From a virus (Duplodnaviria; Caudoviricetes): a stretch of 46,810 nt of DNA. Shown here in pieces: positions 45,064 to 46,810 of this stretch. Under the pieces are notes generated by a model, which made no database searches, was not told the DNA's origin, and saw only the letters and a list, made by a program, of their open reading frames with translations. Both the position numbers and the translations under genes were made by a program. The stretch spans positions 1 through 46,810 of the IMG/VR virus record IMGVR_UViG_3300032218_002410; one strand, given 5' to 3'. How positions within the stretch are numbered: position 1 is the stretch's first letter; the number at the start of each line of letters is the position of its first letter.

Positions 45064-45190
45064 AAACGGCCATTCATTAGGCCCCCAACGGCCATTCATT
45101 ACGGCCAAAACGGCCATTCATTAGCCCCTGATCGGCCATTCATAGCCAAACGGCCATTCATTATCGCCAAAATCGCCATTCATTAGGCCC
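45064..45190 (+). repeat. phased array of six GCCATTCAT boxes
   Basis: core at 45069, 45091, 45113, 45135, 45153, 45175 (spacing 22, 22, 22, 18, 22). Confidence 0.92.
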
Positions 45191-45477
45191 CAGCCCGATC
45201 ACCCCGTTTGCCAGCAGCCCTGCAACCGCCCGCACGGGCACCCGCACACGGGCACAGCCGCACGCGATCACGTACACACGCGGGCGGGCATACGCGCAGG
45301 GGCATGCGGAGGCGCGCGCGAGGGCGCCGGCCCTGGAGGGGCGCTGGACCGCCTCTGGCAGCCATGGGCCAGGCCAGGAGGCCTGCGGGGCCCTGTCAGG
45401 CCCTGCAGAATTGGCCGCCAGAGGCCCCTAGAAGCCGTAGGAAGGTGGATCAATCAGCCGTTGTGAACTCCGATACG

Positions 45478-45510
45478 TTGACACCAGAAAGGGCGCCCTT
45501 ACGAGCGCCC
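45478..45510 (-). terminator. terminator-like GNRA hairpin ending the minus-strand cluster
   Basis: minus strand GGGCGCTC-GTAA-GGGCGCCC then TTTCTGGTGTCAA, 35 nt after the stop at 45545. Confidence 0.65.
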
Positions 45511-45544
45511 AGAGGCCAGAGGCCCCACCAATTGGCGGAGCCGA

Positions 45545-46288
45545 TCAGGCAGCCATCACCACCCGGCCGCCTTTCGAACCGTGCGCATCAATCACGACAT
45601 CAGCAGAGGCCCCATCGCACAGTGTGCAAGCGGCACACGTGGTCTTATGGCCCCGCTCTGCACTAGCGGCGCAGTGAACAAGCCCGGCAGGATCAGCAAC
45701 CCCGGCAGGCTTAACCAAAAAGGTCCGCCAGCCGGCCGCCGTGGCGTCGAGATAGTCGCGCATGCCATCGCAGGAAGCTTGCACCAGACCGCGCAGACCC
45801 TGGGCAAACTCATGGCGCCATTGGTGGGTATATCCCGTATGGCCGGCCGCAGACCCGAGCACCTGGGCCCACACCCAAGCGGGCACCATGGCCGGGTCGC
45901 CGTATGAACCAAAACGAACCAAACGACCGGCGAATAAATGCCAGTCATCACCAATGGGCAAGTACCCGGCCCCGTGGTGGTAGCAAACCCACACCGACCG
46001 GGGAGCCTGATCCGCCCGGACGTAGCAGGAATCCTGCGCAGGCACCAACTCACCGCCAAGGTTGGCCCACTTTCTATGTCGGCAGTTGCCGCAAACGCTC
46101 CAATCAAGGCCTAGGGCCTTGGCCTGATTAGGCGCGATATCGGCCCGCAGGATCCAGGTTTGGAGCATCCCGCCAGTTTTTGCATTAGCGGAACCATCAG
46201 CGAAACCGGTCACGATGCAAACCAGCGGCGCCCCATCAATGGGGGATGGGCCCTCCCAAAGAATGCGGCCGTTCTTGTTAGCAGGCAT
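45545..46288 (-). CDS. Cys-rich phage protein, Gp88-like / radical-SAM-related
   Basis: N.KTG, CGNC...CYV, VRFGSYGDP, GYTHQW, C-terminal C.......TC..C.LC. Confidence 0.65.
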   Translation of the reverse strand: MPANKNGRILWEGPSPIDGAPLVCIVTGFADGSANAKTGGMLQTWILRADIAPNQAKALGLDWSVCGNCRHRKWANLGGELVPAQDSCYVRADQAPRSVWVCYHHGAGYLPIGDDWHLFAGRLVRFGSYGDPAMVPAWVWAQVLGSAAGHTGYTHQWRHEFAQGLRGLVQASCDGMRDYLDATAAGWRTFLVKPAGVADPAGLVHCAASAERGHKTTCAACTLCDGASADVVIDAHGSKGGRVVMAA

Positions 46289-46379
46289 AGCAAAAAATCA
46301 AGGGACACGCCAAACGCCGGGATCGCTCCCGGCTAGCCGTAACGTGACGGCCTTGGATTTGGCAGGCCACTAGGTGACC

Positions 46380-46496
46380 TCAGCGGCGATCAATCAACAA
46401 ACCAGCAAAGCCAGCAGCAGTAAGCCCCACAGAAAGCGGCAACGAAGCAGACAAGCAAGCGAGCACCAAGGCCCCAACAGATAGGGAACGGATCAC
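46380..46496 (-). CDS. small hydrophobic membrane peptide (38 aa; not in the ORF track)
   Basis: GTGA overlap with the upstream stop; MIRSLSVGALVLACLSASLPLSVGLTAAGFAGLLIDRR. Confidence 0.5.
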   Translation of the reverse strand: MIRSLSVGALVLACLSASLPLSVGLTAAGFAGLLIDRR

Positions 46497-46792
46497 GACA
46501 AAACCCCCGATTCAAAGTGGGCCCGGACTTGACGAGCAGATCCAAAACAATCCGCCCGGTAATAAGCAGGCGAAGGCAGCGCCTTTAAAAGCCGCCGATA
46601 CTCCGCCGCACCAATTGCAACAGGGAACGACTGCGCACGCCAAGCACGCTCCCGCAACGCACCGGGCACAGCATCGGAACCGCTGTAACCTTCAGGCCAA
46701 ACAGCCAAAGCCTCACCATCACTGACAAGCAAAAACAAGCGCCGGGGGTTGCCGTTAGTGTCGTTGATTGATTTTAGATACAAAAATTCCAC
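46493..46792 (-). CDS. hypothetical protein
   Basis: ND.NGNPRR and EGY.G motifs; continues the minus-strand cluster across the junction. Confidence 0.7.
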   Translation of the reverse strand: MEFLYLKSINDTNGNPRRLFLLVSDGEALAVWPEGYSGSDAVPGALRERAWRAQSFPVAIGAAEYRRLLKALPSPAYYRADCFGSARQVRAHFESGVLS

Positions 46793-46810
46793 GGGATTAA
46801 AAAGAAAAGG
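46688..46810. repeat. second copy of the 123-bp terminal repeat
   Basis: identical to 1-123. Confidence 0.95.

Noticed and set aside
45064-45190. GCCATTCAT array as a mini-CRISPR
   Set aside because: repeats of 9-13 bp and linkers of about 10 bp are far too short, linkers resemble each other, and no cas operon is present

Overview
The window appears to be the complete, circularly assembled genome (about 46,687 bp; bases 1-123 repeat exactly at 46688-46810) of a temperate lambda-like siphophage. The likely host is a picocyanobacterium (Synechococcus/Cyanobium-type), inferred from the cyanobacterial-style dCTP deaminase, the C39 endolysin and many small proteins resembling cyanophage families. 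Layout: terL, portal, head morphogenesis, scaffold, major capsid, neck, tail tube, chaperone, tape measure, lambda M/L/K/I/J tail tip, fibres and holin-like genes on + (1.2-28.6 kb). Then come a minus-strand C39 endolysin, a large serine recombinase, a minus-strand block of small genes with dcd and a family A DNA polymerase in two ORFs, a RepB-primase/DUF3987 gene followed by an iteron-rich candidate origin, an SSB/exonuclease block, two ribbon-helix-helix genes and a TerS-like gene. A minus-strand cluster of small genes lies between terS and terL across the circular junction. Most notable: (1) PolA split in the thumb with its own Shine-Dalgarno and an ATG/TGA overlap; (2) a roughly 155 aa coiled-coil stalk with a Tyr-rich knob inserted between the Fe-S cysteine pairs of tail-tip gpL; (3) a zinc-peptidase-like domain with reversed motif order in the tape measure; (4) a +1 (not -1) chaperone frameshift; (5) a 22-bp-phased GCCATTCAT array after terS; (6) ACGTAG operator-like clusters; (7) a candidate structured RNA after the SSB gene; (8) a possible DGGxF / MANTV-KR serial fibre docking chain. 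All family names come from motif recognition by eye; no searches were run.
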